Origin: Deinococcota bacterium
Lineage (GTDB): Bacteria > Deinococcota > Deinococci > Deinococcales > Thermaceae
DNA length: 64,000 bases
Assembly (NCBI GenBank): GCA_041695225.1
Contig: JBGFRI010000007.1
Coordinates: 1 to 64,000 of the forward strand
Direction of reading: 5' to 3'
Positions within the stretch are counted from its first letter, which is position 1, and the number at the start of each line of letters is the position of its first letter. Positions 28,918 through 39,987 of this stretch are shown piece by piece. The notes beneath the pieces were generated by a model, which saw only the letters and a program-made list of their open reading frames with translations, did not search any database and had not been told where the DNA came from. Both the position numbers and the translations under genes were made by a program.

Positions 28918-28966
28918 AGGGACATTAGTCCCTGGGACACATGTCCTCTCAGCGCCTTCTTAGACT
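28918..28966 (+). promoter_or_regulatory. Tandem GGGAC-N4-GTCC palindromes plus -10 upstream of the cba operon
   Basis: AGGGAC-ATTA-GTCCCT (28918-33), GGGAC-ACAT-GTCCT (28934-47), TAGACT (28961-66). Confidence 0.65.
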
Positions 28967-28989
28967 CCTTCTCTAGGGGGAACCTGACC

Positions 28990-29103
28990 ATGGAAGACAA
29001 AGAGCAACGGCCCTTGGGAGCACTCTTAGTAGTTGGGGTGTTGACCGCGGTGATACTGGTCATGTGGTTTGGCGTCTTTTTGGTTCATTTAGCCAGAGGT
29101 TGA
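28990..29103 (+). CDS. cbaD: Cytochrome ba3 oxidase subunit IIa (37 aa, missing from the ORF track)
   Basis: MEDKEQRPLGALLVVGVLTAVILVMWFGVFLVHLARG; single TM ending in ARG, immediately before subunit II. Confidence 0.9.
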   Translation: MEDKEQRPLGALLVVGVLTAVILVMWFGVFLVHLARG

Positions 29104-29104
29104 T

Positions 29105-29584
29105 ATGGACAAGTACGAACAGGCCCTGGAGAAATACGAGAAGCTCTGGATTTATTTTAGCCTGGGCATGATCACCGTCTTCATCGCCCTGATCGCCTAT
29201 CTGATGGTAGCCCACGGCAGGACCAACCCTGTGGGTGCCGGCCGGGTAGATGTTGCTACCGTTCGCACCGTGGGTGAGTTTGCCAACCCCAGGGTAGAGC
29301 GCATTGGCGAAGAGTATGTGGCATGGGTGCTGGCTTTCGTCTACAGCTACGCACCTGCCGAGATGCGATTTACCGCCGGGCGACGGGTGACCTTCCGTAT
29401 CACCTCGCCAGACGTCATCCACAGCTTTACCATCCTGGGCACCAATGTCAATGTGAAGGTAATTCCCGGCCAGATCACCGAGGTTAGCCACGTCTTCGAC
29501 AAACCGGGTGAGTACCTGGTTATCTGTAACGAATACTGTGGTATTGGACATGCCAACATGATAAGCAGAATCATCGTGGAATAG
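29105..29584 (+). CDS. cbaB: Cytochrome ba3 oxidase subunit II
   Basis: CuA motifs DVIH and CNEYCGIGHANM. Confidence 0.95.
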   Translation: MDKYEQALEKYEKLWIYFSLGMITVFIALIAYLMVAHGRTNPVGAGRVDVATVRTVGEFANPRVERIGEEYVAWVLAFVYSYAPAEMRFTAGRRVTFRITSPDVIHSFTILGTNVNVKVIPGQITEVSHVFDKPGEYLVICNEYCGIGHANMISRIIVE

Positions 29585-29600
29585 ATCTAGGGAGACTCAC

Positions 29601-31286
29601 ATGGCAGTCAAAACCGTTTCTAAAGTAGATCTTTACGCCGATGCCCCGGAGAAAAAGTACACCCTGTACATGGTTATGCTGGGCTTCATCGCCCTGCTGG
29701 TAGGAGGTCTACTTGGCCCTTTGCAGGCTTTCAACTACGGTGGACTGGACATTTACCCACTGCTCCAGCCGTTGATACAAAACTACTATCAGGGCCTTAC
29801 CCTGCACGGGGTGCTAAGCGCAATTATCTTCCCGCAGCTCATCGCCCAGGCAGTCATGATCTACCTGCCGGCTCGAGAGCTGGGACTCAGACCCAACATG
29901 ACCCTAGCCTGGGTCTCCTTCTGGATGGCCCTGGGCGGTCTGTTAATCGCAGCAGTACCGATGTTATTGAACGCTGCAACGGTGCTGTATACCTTTTATG
30001 CTCCGCTGCAGGCCAACTGGGCCTTTTATGTAGGACTGGCCATTTTTATTCTATCCACGTGGGTGAGCGCATTTGTGCTATTCGAGATGTGGACGCGCTG
30101 GAAAAAGGCCAACCCCGGCAAAATTACTCCTTTGTCAACCTACATGGCCGTAACCTTCTGGCTGATGTGGCTCCTGGCCAGCCTGGGTCTGGTGGTTGCG
30201 GTAGCGGTCTTCCTGATTCCTTGGTCGCTCGGCCTGATTGCCGGGGTAGACCCGCTGCTAACCAGAACACTGTTTTGGTTTACTGCTCACCCAATCGTTT
30301 ATTTCTGGTTACTGCCAGCCTATGTGCTGGCCTACGTCACCCTGCCCAGACTGGCTGGCGGCAAGCTAATTTCCGACCCTATAGCTCGGCTGGTCTTCCT
30401 CATGTTCTTGCTGTTCTCGGTTCCGGTAGGCTTCCACCATCAGTTCGCCGACCCCGGCATTGACCCTTTCTGGAAGATGCTGCACACCGTACTGACCATG
30501 TTCGTAGCCATACCCAGCCTTATCACCGCCTTTACCATCGCTGCGTCGCTGGAAGTGGCAGGTCGGGCCAACGGAGGAAAGGGCTGGTTTGGCTGGATCA
30601 AAGCTCTGCCCTGGAACAACCCCACTGTTCTGGCCTTCATTTTGGGCTTTCTCGCCTTTATACCTGGGGGCGCAGGAGGAATCGTCAACGGCAGTTTTAA
30701 CCTAAACCAGACCATTCATAACACCACCTGGGTGCCCGGTCACTTTCACCTGCAAGTAGGAACGCTGGTCACCATGGGTTTCATGGGTACCGCATTCTGG
30801 TTAATTCCTCACCTGACTGGTAAACCCCTGGTAGCACGGGGTCTGGCCTTAGCATCGCTGTGGCTTTGGTTTATAGGGATGCTTGTAAAGAGCTTTGCAC
30901 TACACTCGATGGGTCTCTTTCACGGGATCCCCCGTCGAACTCACATTGCTGGCAGTCCAATGGCAATGGAAGCATACCGTGAGAGTGCGGCATGGATGGT
31001 GCTGAACATTGTTGCTGGGGTAATTCTGTTGGTTGCGCTGCTCATGTTCTTCTACGTGCTCTTCAAGACTGCTCTGCAAAGCCATCGCGACCACAGCCGG
31101 GTAATGGACGAGGTACCTTTTACCCAGGTCATGTCTGGGCACGAGGGTAGTGGTCTGGCCCTGCTTTGCGAACGGGTCTGGTTCTGGTTTGCTATTGCCG
31201 TGGTCTTGGTGATAATGGCCTATGGTATTCCGCTCTTCCAGATGTTTACCAACATCAATCCCGTACCGGGCATGCGCCTGTGGTAA
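29601..31286 (+). CDS. cbaA: Cytochrome ba3 oxidase subunit I
   Basis: HPIVYFW, GFHHQF, HNTTWVPGHFH, PRR. Confidence 0.96.
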   Translation: MAVKTVSKVDLYADAPEKKYTLYMVMLGFIALLVGGLLGPLQAFNYGGLDIYPLLQPLIQNYYQGLTLHGVLSAIIFPQLIAQAVMIYLPARELGLRPNMTLAWVSFWMALGGLLIAAVPMLLNAATVLYTFYAPLQANWAFYVGLAIFILSTWVSAFVLFEMWTRWKKANPGKITPLSTYMAVTFWLMWLLASLGLVVAVAVFLIPWSLGLIAGVDPLLTRTLFWFTAHPIVYFWLLPAYVLAYVTLPRLAGGKLISDPIARLVFLMFLLFSVPVGFHHQFADPGIDPFWKMLHTVLTMFVAIPSLITAFTIAASLEVAGRANGGKGWFGWIKALPWNNPTVLAFILGFLAFIPGGAGGIVNGSFNLNQTIHNTTWVPGHFHLQVGTLVTMGFMGTAFWLIPHLTGKPLVARGLALASLWLWFIGMLVKSFALHSMGLFHGIPRRTHIAGSPMAMEAYRESAAWMVLNIVAGVILLVALLMFFYVLFKTALQSHRDHSRVMDEVPFTQVMSGHEGSGLALLCERVWFWFAIAVVLVIMAYGIPLFQMFTNINPVPGMRLW

Positions 31287-31394
31287 TACCCCCTTAGCAA
31301 CACCCCTGACTTAAAAGCGCTACGCGCTGTCGAAAGCCGAAGGTCAAAGGTCTAGAGCATTGCTGGTGGCCTTCGACTTTCGACCTTTGACATT

Positions 31395-32186
31395 TCACCG
31401 GCGCAAAAGCAAGGCCAGGCCAAACAGCAGGGCCTGTACCAGCACAATGGCACTGCCGGTGGGTACGTCGAAGATGTACGAGGCCACCAGCCCCGGAATT
31501 ACCGAGGTCACGCCTATTGCCACCGACAAAAGGGTCATGCTGGCAAAGGTCTGGGTTAGCAGCCGGGCTGTGGCAGCAGGAATGACAATGAAGGCCGCAA
31601 TCAAGACTATGCCGACCACCTTTACCGAGGCCACCACCACCAGGGCCATCAGGGCCGAGAGCAGGTAGTCGTGTAGCAGAACTGGTTTGCGGTCGGCCAG
31701 GGCCAGTTCTCGGTCGAAGGTAGCGTAGGCCCAGTAGCGCCATAACGGGCTCAGCAGCGCCACACCAAGGGCAATACCCGCCATCACCCACAAGTCGGCC
31801 TGGGTAACGGTCAGAATTGAGCCAAACAAGAAGGCCACGGCGTCTGGCGCAAAGCCCTCGCGCATGGACATAAAAAGCACCCCCAGTGCCACCGAGACCG
31901 CAAAGAAGATGCCAATGGCAGTGTCGTCGCCCAGGCTGCTGCGTTCGCGAACCCAGGTAATGGCCAGCGAGACCCCTACCGCAAAGGGTATAGCCACCCA
32001 GAGCGGCTCCTGGTACAAAAGAAGCCCCAGCGCAACGCCTGCAAAGGCCGCATGTGCTAAGCCGTGACCCAGAAACGAAAGACGGCGCTGCACCACCAGC
32101 ACACCCAGATAGCTGGCCAGGGCGCCCACCAGCAGACCTGCAATTATGGCCCGCTGAATGAAGGGAAGTTCAAGCGCTTCTAGCAC
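31395..32186 (-). CDS. znuB: Zn/Mn ABC transporter permease
   Basis: GLAHAAFAGVA, FLFGSIL, VKVVGIVL. Confidence 0.88.
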   Translation of the reverse strand: MLEALELPFIQRAIIAGLLVGALASYLGVLVVQRRLSFLGHGLAHAAFAGVALGLLLYQEPLWVAIPFAVGVSLAITWVRERSSLGDDTAIGIFFAVSVALGVLFMSMREGFAPDAVAFLFGSILTVTQADLWVMAGIALGVALLSPLWRYWAYATFDRELALADRKPVLLHDYLLSALMALVVVASVKVVGIVLIAAFIVIPAATARLLTQTFASMTLLSVAIGVTSVIPGLVASYIFDVPTGSAIVLVQALLFGLALLLRR

Positions 32187-32956
32187 TAGCCCTCCCTGGT
32201 GGCTGGAGTGTGGCTATGTCCAACATGCCCAAAAGCCTGGGCCAGGCTCTCGTGGCGCATTACCCTGGCGGGAGGGCCGTAGCCAATAACCCGCCGGTTG
32301 ATGAGCAGCACAGCGGTGGCGTGGTGCTGGGCTGCCTCCCAGTCGTGGGTAATCATCATTACCGTTGCGCCGGACTCCCGCTGATAGGCCTCGAGGTGCC
32401 GGTACAGGTCGGACTCCCCTACGGCGTCTAGACCGGTGGCCGGCTCGTCCAGCAGTAACAACTTGGGTTCTCGAATCAGGCTCCGGGCCAGATATACCCG
32501 CTGTAACTCTCCACCGGAAAGCCGCCCCAGGCGACGGTTAGCCAGGTGCAAAGCTCCTACCTTGTCCAGCATGGCCTCGGCCTTTTTGCGCTCGCGGGCG
32601 GTAAGTAGAAAGGGCCAGCTCTGGCGTAACCCCGAGACCACCACTTCTATGGACAAAGCCGGAAAGCTACGGTCAAAACTCTTAACCTGGGGTACATAAC
32701 CAACCCAGCCCGACTTCACGTCTTGGGGCTTGTGGCCGAATACCTTGACCGAGCCCGAAACACTGGTGTGAGCGTCGCGCAATGTCCCGCCGACAATGCC
32801 CAGCAAGGCCTTAAGGAGGGTGCTCTTCCCTGCCCCATTCGGCCCCAGGATGGTGACAAAAGCGCCCTGCGGTACCTCCAGGGTCACTTGTTCGAGAACC
32901 TGGAACTCACCAAATCGCACGCCGAAGTTGTTGAGCTGCACCGCAGGCGCCGTCAT
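32186..32956 (-). CDS. znuC: Zn/Mn ABC transporter ATPase
   Basis: GPNGAGKS, YVPQ, LSGGELQR, LDEP, His-containing tail. Confidence 0.88.
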   Translation of the reverse strand: MTAPAVQLNNFGVRFGEFQVLEQVTLEVPQGAFVTILGPNGAGKSTLLKALLGIVGGTLRDAHTSVSGSVKVFGHKPQDVKSGWVGYVPQVKSFDRSFPALSIEVVVSGLRQSWPFLLTARERKKAEAMLDKVGALHLANRRLGRLSGGELQRVYLARSLIREPKLLLLDEPATGLDAVGESDLYRHLEAYQRESGATVMMITHDWEAAQHHATAVLLINRRVIGYGPPARVMRHESLAQAFGHVGHSHTPATREG

Positions 32957-33048
32957 ACCTTTTGATAATACGCTATCAATATTCGGAGTTGAAGAGGCGG
33001 TGCCTTACCTAAGGGCCGGCTCAAAAAACACTCTGGCTAAACCGTCGC

Positions 33049-33747
33049 TCAAACTGGTCGGATCAGGCCTTTTCGCACCAGTTCGTGCAGCGTGTCCGGC
33101 CCGGCCCCCGAGGTGCGCCCGTCCGCAATGGCTTTGAGGGCCACCAGGGCCTCGGGCTCACCACGCTTGAGCCTTAGGTGCAAATCACTAAATGGGTTGA
33201 GGGCGTCCTGCCCGCGCAGGGTGATCTCGTAGCGGCCAGTCGGGGTGACAGGCGAGAGGTGGGCCAGGTAGTAGCGGGATAATTCCACGTAGCGTTCGGC
33301 GTTTTGGCTTGGCTCTACCGGGCCGCGCACCCGGGCCGGGATGCCAATGGCCAGCATACCCGCTGGAACTTCCATTCCCGGTGGCACTACCGCGCCGGCC
33401 CCCACTATGGCCCCCTGGCCCACTCGTGCCCGGTTGAGAATCACCGCTCCAATGCCGATGAGCGCACCCTCTTCTACCAGCGCGCCATGCACCACCGCCC
33501 GGTGCCCCACGGTCACCTTTGGCCCCAGGATACAGGGGTCTCCCGGGTCAGCGTGTAAAATCGCGCCGTCCTGCACGTTGCAGCCGGCGCCTATCACCAC
33601 CTTTTCGGTATCCGAACGCACCACTGCCCCAAACCAGACCGAGGCATACTCGCCAATCTCGGCCTGGCCGACAATCAAAGCACTGGGAGCAATGTATGCC
33701 GTGGGGTGAATTTGCGGCGCGTGATTTTGCAGACGGTAAACTGCCAT
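33049..33747 (-). CDS. Gamma carbonic anhydrase family (hexapeptide repeat) protein
   Basis: WFGAVVRSD, NVQDGAILH, GHRAVVHG. Confidence 0.9.
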   Translation of the reverse strand: MAVYRLQNHAPQIHPTAYIAPSALIVGQAEIGEYASVWFGAVVRSDTEKVVIGAGCNVQDGAILHADPGDPCILGPKVTVGHRAVVHGALVEEGALIGIGAVILNRARVGQGAIVGAGAVVPPGMEVPAGMLAIGIPARVRGPVEPSQNAERYVELSRYYLAHLSPVTPTGRYEITLRGQDALNPFSDLHLRLKRGEPEALVALKAIADGRTSGAGPDTLHELVRKGLIRPV

Positions 33748-33768
33748 GCTTGCTCCTGGGTTAGAATC

Positions 33769-35042
<1,274 letters not shown>

Positions 35043-35080
35043 CGGCTCTATCCTACGCCCAACAGAAGGTAAGTGTGGCC

Positions 35081-35689
35081 TCAGCCCACAAACCTGGCCG
35101 GCTTGAGCATCGCCTGCAGGAGCTTCTGGCGGAACTCGATGGGGTCTACCTCGATAGCCCCAAAGCGGGCCAGGTGAGGGTTTTGCACCTGCACATCAAA
35201 CAGCTCAAAACCCCTTTGCCGTAAGTGCTCCACCAGCCGAACCAGGGCCACCTTGGAAGCATCGGGAACTCGATAGAACATGCTATCCCCAATAAAAGCC
35301 GCTCCCAGCGCAACCCCTATGATGCCTCCGACCAGCTGACCGTCCTGCCAGGTTTCAAAGCTGTGGGCGAAGCCATGCCGGTGCAAGGCCAGGTAGAGCT
35401 GGGCCACCTCCGGGGTGATCCAGGTCGCGCGCCTATACAGCCCCCCACGGGTCGCACATCCTTCCAGTACTCCGGCAAAATCGCTGTCGGTACGCACCTC
35501 GAGCCGCCCCGCATTGAGCACCCGCCGAAGGCTGCGGGGAATGTGAAAACGCTCGTCCAGGGGCATCAGGGCGCGGTAGGGCGTGCCATAGGCCCGCTGA
35601 TCAAACCAGCCAATGCCCCGCCGGGTTCCCAGGGGGAAGTACCCCTGGGCATACATCTGGAGCACCGCCTGTAAATTCTTCTTATCCAC
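35081..35689 (-). CDS. aat: Leucyl/phenylalanyl-tRNA--protein transferase
   Basis: YAQGYFP, TWIT, AHSFETW, SMF...DASKVAL. Confidence 0.92.
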   Translation of the reverse strand: MDKKNLQAVLQMYAQGYFPLGTRRGIGWFDQRAYGTPYRALMPLDERFHIPRSLRRVLNAGRLEVRTDSDFAGVLEGCATRGGLYRRATWITPEVAQLYLALHRHGFAHSFETWQDGQLVGGIIGVALGAAFIGDSMFYRVPDASKVALVRLVEHLRQRGFELFDVQVQNPHLARFGAIEVDPIEFRQKLLQAMLKPARFVG

Positions 35690-35850
35690 GTAGCTCGAGG
35701 GTCAAGGGTCTAGAGTCGAGGGTCGAGTGTCAATGGTCAAGGGTCGAACGTAAAAATTAGTCTCAGGTCGCAAGTCGCAGGTCAAAAGTTAGTCCCAGGT
35801 CGCGGGTCGCAGGCCGCGGGTCAAAAGCTACCGGCTATCAGCTATATGTG
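35690..35850. repeat. Degenerate heptamer tandem repeat tract
   Basis: GGTCAAG/GGTCTAG/AGTCGAG and GGTCGCA units with period 7. Confidence 0.75.
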
Positions 35851-35974
35851 GAGGGTCAAAAGCAAGGGCCATAGGCGTGAAAACACAATGGTTGTCGGCT
35901 ATAAACTACAGGTTATTCGGGTTTCATTCTCTGTTACCGGGCTCTTAGCAAATTTTGACTGCCGAAACCACAGC

Positions 35975-37765
35975 TTAATCTATCAGCCGGGAGACTGCCT
36001 CTGCCGAGACATCTTCCTTGACCTCATCTTTCTTCATGGCCCAGGCCGGAAGGGGAAAGGTCAGGGGCAGCGGCACGGGAATTTCGGGTTGATGCAAAAT
36101 CATCGTCCCTTGTGGCAGGATCATGGCCCGCTGACGGAAAGAAGCAGGCAGGTAGCGGTACTCGGGGCGCTCGGCCTCAGCGGCATCTAAGCGGCCCACT
36201 ACCCGGATAGCGGCATTTCCGACCACCCGGCTTTCCACCTCGGAAGCGGTCTGCTGGGCCCCAATCAGGATAACCCCCAGGCTGCGCCCCCGCTCGGCGA
36301 TGTCCAGCAAAATATCCTTGATGGGGCTTTCGCCATCCCTGGGAGCGTATTTGTTCAGCTCGTCCAGCACCACAAACACCCGGCCGGCAAAATCGTCCCG
36401 CTCCTTGCGGTCAAACACCTCGCGCAAAATTGCGCCCACCACAAACATCTGCCCCTGTGCCGACAGCCGGTTAATATCCACCACGCTGACCTGGGCCTGG
36501 CTGCCCAGCGGGTTGGGACGGTTGCCGGGCTTGTCTCCGCGAATCAGGTGCTCGACGTTACCAATAGCTGCTCGTAACCGCCGGATGAAGGCCTCGAGCG
36601 TTCCGGGGGCCTGGCGGGCAGTCCAGCGCGGGTCGCCCCTGGGCCGCTTGCTTTCGTCGTCTTCGCCGGACTCTGGGCCAAGCAGCTTGAACTCTATATA
36701 CCGCACCAGCTGGGCAAAGGTGGTAATTCTGAGCCTGCCCAGTTCGTTAAAGGCTACGCTGGCCTCCATGGCCGAAGCCTCGTCCGACCAGTCGTCTACC
36801 TGCATGGCCGGGCCTTTCTGGCCGCCCTTCTCGTCGCCTACCAGACGACGCAGGCGCTCGGTTACCTGGTCAATCAGAAAGCCCAGGTTGCTCATGGCAC
36901 CCCTATCGGTAAACAAAAACGGCAGCAGCCCCTTGCGGCAGAACTGTACCAGATCCCAGTAGTAGGCGCTGGCATCGCGGCGGTTTACATTTGCCAGAGT
37001 ATCGCCAGGGGTTTTTCGGGGTGGGGCCAGAAAGGCCACGCTCTGGAAGGCCCTGGCAGGTAGCCCTAGCTTCTGGTAGGCGTGTATGGCCTCGGCATGC
37101 AGGCCGATGTTGTCCTGGTCGAGGTAAAACAAGTCCTCACCCTTAACGTTGAAGATGAGAGCTTTGGTATTGGCTTTGTGGCGGTTGGCAGGCGACTGAA
37201 AAATGCTGTGCAGCAAGAAGGTGGCGTAGCTGGTCTTGGCGGCGACACCCGAGACCCCCGAGATGTTCACATGGCCGCCTTTGAAGCCATTAAGAAACTC
37301 GAAGTTGACATAGGCTACCTCGCCATTTTTGAGAATGCCCACTGGCAGCCTCTGGTCGCGCATTCTGTCGTAGTAGAGGGCCAGGTCGAGAGCCTCGTGG
37401 TGCGCCAGAAAAACCCGCGAGCCGGGACTGGGCGGCAGATACTCCTCCGGCAGCAGCCGGGTGACCTGCACGTGGGCGGCATAGGAGAGGCTTATGGGCA
37501 GCAGGTCGCGCTGGGCCAGAAACACGTCGGTATCGAACGGGGCGCCCTCGTAGAGCTTGATCACCTGGTCTACCATGCCAAAGTAGCGCACGTTCCCGTG
37601 CTCGTCGCCTTTTTGCGGGTCGGGGTGGGGGAACTCGACATACACCAGGTCGTCGAGGCGCAGATACTGCCCTTCCTCGACGGCCACCCAGAAATCCAGC
37701 GCTGTGGCCTCGCGGCTTCCCAGTACCATTCCAACCTGTCTCACACACTCCTCCAGCTCACCCAA
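35975..37765 (-). CDS. herA: HerA-family ATPase/DNA translocase
   Basis: N-terminal HAS barrel, HVNISGVSGVAAKTS, VVLDELNKYAP, RGRSLG, AQQ. Confidence 0.9.
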   Translation of the reverse strand: MGELEECVRQVGMVLGSREATALDFWVAVEEGQYLRLDDLVYVEFPHPDPQKGDEHGNVRYFGMVDQVIKLYEGAPFDTDVFLAQRDLLPISLSYAAHVQVTRLLPEEYLPPSPGSRVFLAHHEALDLALYYDRMRDQRLPVGILKNGEVAYVNFEFLNGFKGGHVNISGVSGVAAKTSYATFLLHSIFQSPANRHKANTKALIFNVKGEDLFYLDQDNIGLHAEAIHAYQKLGLPARAFQSVAFLAPPRKTPGDTLANVNRRDASAYYWDLVQFCRKGLLPFLFTDRGAMSNLGFLIDQVTERLRRLVGDEKGGQKGPAMQVDDWSDEASAMEASVAFNELGRLRITTFAQLVRYIEFKLLGPESGEDDESKRPRGDPRWTARQAPGTLEAFIRRLRAAIGNVEHLIRGDKPGNRPNPLGSQAQVSVVDINRLSAQGQMFVVGAILREVFDRKERDDFAGRVFVVLDELNKYAPRDGESPIKDILLDIAERGRSLGVILIGAQQTASEVESRVVGNAAIRVVGRLDAAEAERPEYRYLPASFRQRAMILPQGTMILHQPEIPVPLPLTFPLPAWAMKKDEVKEDVSAEAVSRLID

Positions 37766-38711
37766 ACAGAGCCTGCATGATTCTACGCCGAACTACCTCG
37801 GCCTGGCCCAGGTGCCGGCCCAGCCAGTGCTCGAGCCCCCCGGTCGGGGTCAGGTTTTGCGGCGCGCGGGGGTCGCGGGCCGGTGAAGAGGCCATCTGGC
37901 AGAACAAGCTAGCCGAAAGGTCGGCCAGCCGCTTTGCCTGGGCCGGCTCGTCCGTGGGCGACTCTGCCCGCAAAAGCGCTGCAGCGCCATAAAAAGGCGC
38001 GCTGGGCTCCAGAGGAAGCCGCAGATACCAGGAAAAAACGTCCACCGGGCGGCCCAGAGCCCGGCCCGGAATGGAGAAAACAGGGGTGCGCTGGTAAGGT
38101 TTCAGCTCGTGCAGCAAGGCCTGTTCTTCCGGCCCCAGATAGGTTGCGGCCTGGGTCTTGGTATAACCCAGAACCCGCCCCGGCTCTGTGAAACCTTCTT
38201 CTCCCGGGAAAAGTTGCCCATCCACGATTACCAGGCCACCCTGAAGCCCGTTGATCAGGCTGGCCTCGAGGCGTCGCATGAGCTCGGTCACTCTGGCGCG
38301 CAGGCTGGCCGGATCGGATTTTTTGGTGTGCAGGGGCTGGTAGTACTTTAAAGCCATCGGGAGCGGCTCTGCAAGCTCGGCGCCGTGCAGCAAAAAGTGT
38401 TGCCGGAAGGGCTCCCCAACCGGGCGAATACCGCCGCCGTCGCGCAAGACTGCCCCCGCAATCACCGTGGCCAGCAGAGCGCGCCGTCCCTGCGAGTCGG
38501 CAATCTGAGCATCTATACGCTGGCGGCCATCTACCAGATACACTGTCGGCCAGTGGTCGGACGATAGTTGCGCTGGGCTGTGAGCAGTCCAGGCCCCCTC
38601 GAAATGGGTTTTGACCTCCGCCAGGCCAGTCTGGCCCTCAGGCTCTACCTCAGCCGCAACCCTTTCAGGCAAAGCATACTCGGGGTTCCAGGTCTCCAGC
38701 TTCCAGGCCAT
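37758..38711 (-). CDS. nurA: NurA-family nuclease
   Basis: LVDGRQR, IVDG, GYTKT, DPRAPQNL; overlaps the herA start. Confidence 0.82.
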   Translation of the reverse strand: MAWKLETWNPEYALPERVAAEVEPEGQTGLAEVKTHFEGAWTAHSPAQLSSDHWPTVYLVDGRQRIDAQIADSQGRRALLATVIAGAVLRDGGGIRPVGEPFRQHFLLHGAELAEPLPMALKYYQPLHTKKSDPASLRARVTELMRRLEASLINGLQGGLVIVDGQLFPGEEGFTEPGRVLGYTKTQAATYLGPEEQALLHELKPYQRTPVFSIPGRALGRPVDVFSWYLRLPLEPSAPFYGAAALLRAESPTDEPAQAKRLADLSASLFCQMASSPARDPRAPQNLTPTGGLEHWLGRHLGQAEVVRRRIMQALFG

Positions 38712-38789
38712 GGTCACAATCTACCAGCCAGGCAGCAATCGAGCGCTAGCCTGGCCAGGTCAGACAAATTTGACCAGATAGGCGAGTCG

Positions 38790-39866
38790 CTACCTCAAAC
38801 GGTTGAGTATCTCCTGGGCTTCTCTGAAGTCGGGGCGCAGCCTTAGAGCCTGCTCGCACTGGGCGCGGGCGCCAGCCCGGTCGCCCAGCAGTTCATTGGC
38901 CCGGCAGAGCCAGAAGCGATAGACCGGATTGTTCCGCTCGAGGGCTACCGCCTTGGAGAAGTTGAACCTGGCTTTTTGAAAGTCCTGCAGCTCGAGGGAG
39001 ACCTGTCCCAGGCCCACATAAGCATCTGGAAAGCGCACCGGCGAAAGGGCCACGGCCTGCTGATAGGAAACACCAGCCTGCTGCCAGTCTCTTCTTTCAA
39101 AGTAGGCGTCACCCCGACGCAACCACGCTTCGGCGTTGCCCGGCGCCAGAACCACGGCTCTGTCGAGGTGCTCGATGGCCCTGTCAACACTGCCGCGTAG
39201 CAGTAGCAAGCTGCCGAACTTGACCCGCAGCCCAGCATTGTTGGGCGCTGCCTGCACAGCTTCTTCGTAATTCTTAAGGGCCTCGTCCCACCTGCCCTGG
39301 CGGATCAGGACATCCGCCAGCAAGGCCCGCACCACGGGCTCGTTGCTAATGGCCAGCGAGCGGTTGAGGGCTTCAACCGCCTGATCAAGGCGGTTCTGGT
39401 AGACAAAAATTGTGCCGCGGGTGGCGAAGATGGGAGCGTATCTTGAATTGACCCGCTCCGCCTCGCGGAGAATGTTTAATCCCTGGTCCAGCAGGTGTCT
39501 GGCGGCCTCGCGGTTTTCGGCCAGCAGGTACTGCCGCACATGAACCTGGGCCAGCGCCACATAAGATGGGACAAAGCCGCTATTAAGGGTAATCGAGCGG
39601 CGCAGGTTTTCTATGGCGGCCGTAAAGCGGTTTAGCTCGGACTGTACCCGCGCCAGCAGGTATAAATTCTCGGCGCTAGGCGCATCCCTGACTGCACGCT
39701 CACAGGCTGGCAGCGCCGCCTCGGGGCGCCCAGCTTCAAAGAGCAGTACACACAGACTGGCCTGGGTCTGGGGCCGGGATGGGGACTGTGCAGGACCGAC
39801 AGGGTTTTGCTGCGCCAGCACACCCCCCACTGCCAGCACCATCACAAATGTCCAAAAACGCATCAT
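38790..39866 (-). CDS. Secreted TPR protein
   Basis: Signal peptide and multiple TPR repeats; AGGAGG SD. Confidence 0.9.
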   Translation of the reverse strand: MMRFWTFVMVLAVGGVLAQQNPVGPAQSPSRPQTQASLCVLLFEAGRPEAALPACERAVRDAPSAENLYLLARVQSELNRFTAAIENLRRSITLNSGFVPSYVALAQVHVRQYLLAENREAARHLLDQGLNILREAERVNSRYAPIFATRGTIFVYQNRLDQAVEALNRSLAISNEPVVRALLADVLIRQGRWDEALKNYEEAVQAAPNNAGLRVKFGSLLLLRGSVDRAIEHLDRAVVLAPGNAEAWLRRGDAYFERRDWQQAGVSYQQAVALSPVRFPDAYVGLGQVSLELQDFQKARFNFSKAVALERNNPVYRFWLCRANELLGDRAGARAQCEQALRLRPDFREAQEILNRLR

Positions 39867-39987
39867 CTTCCTCCTGAACAACCAAACCTGCTTGGCTCGG
39901 CATGAACTGCCGATACCGGCAGAAAGGTGTGAGCGCGGGGTTGGGAGCAGCTTTTTTGTTTCAGGTTCCACAGAGCACCACCCAGTA

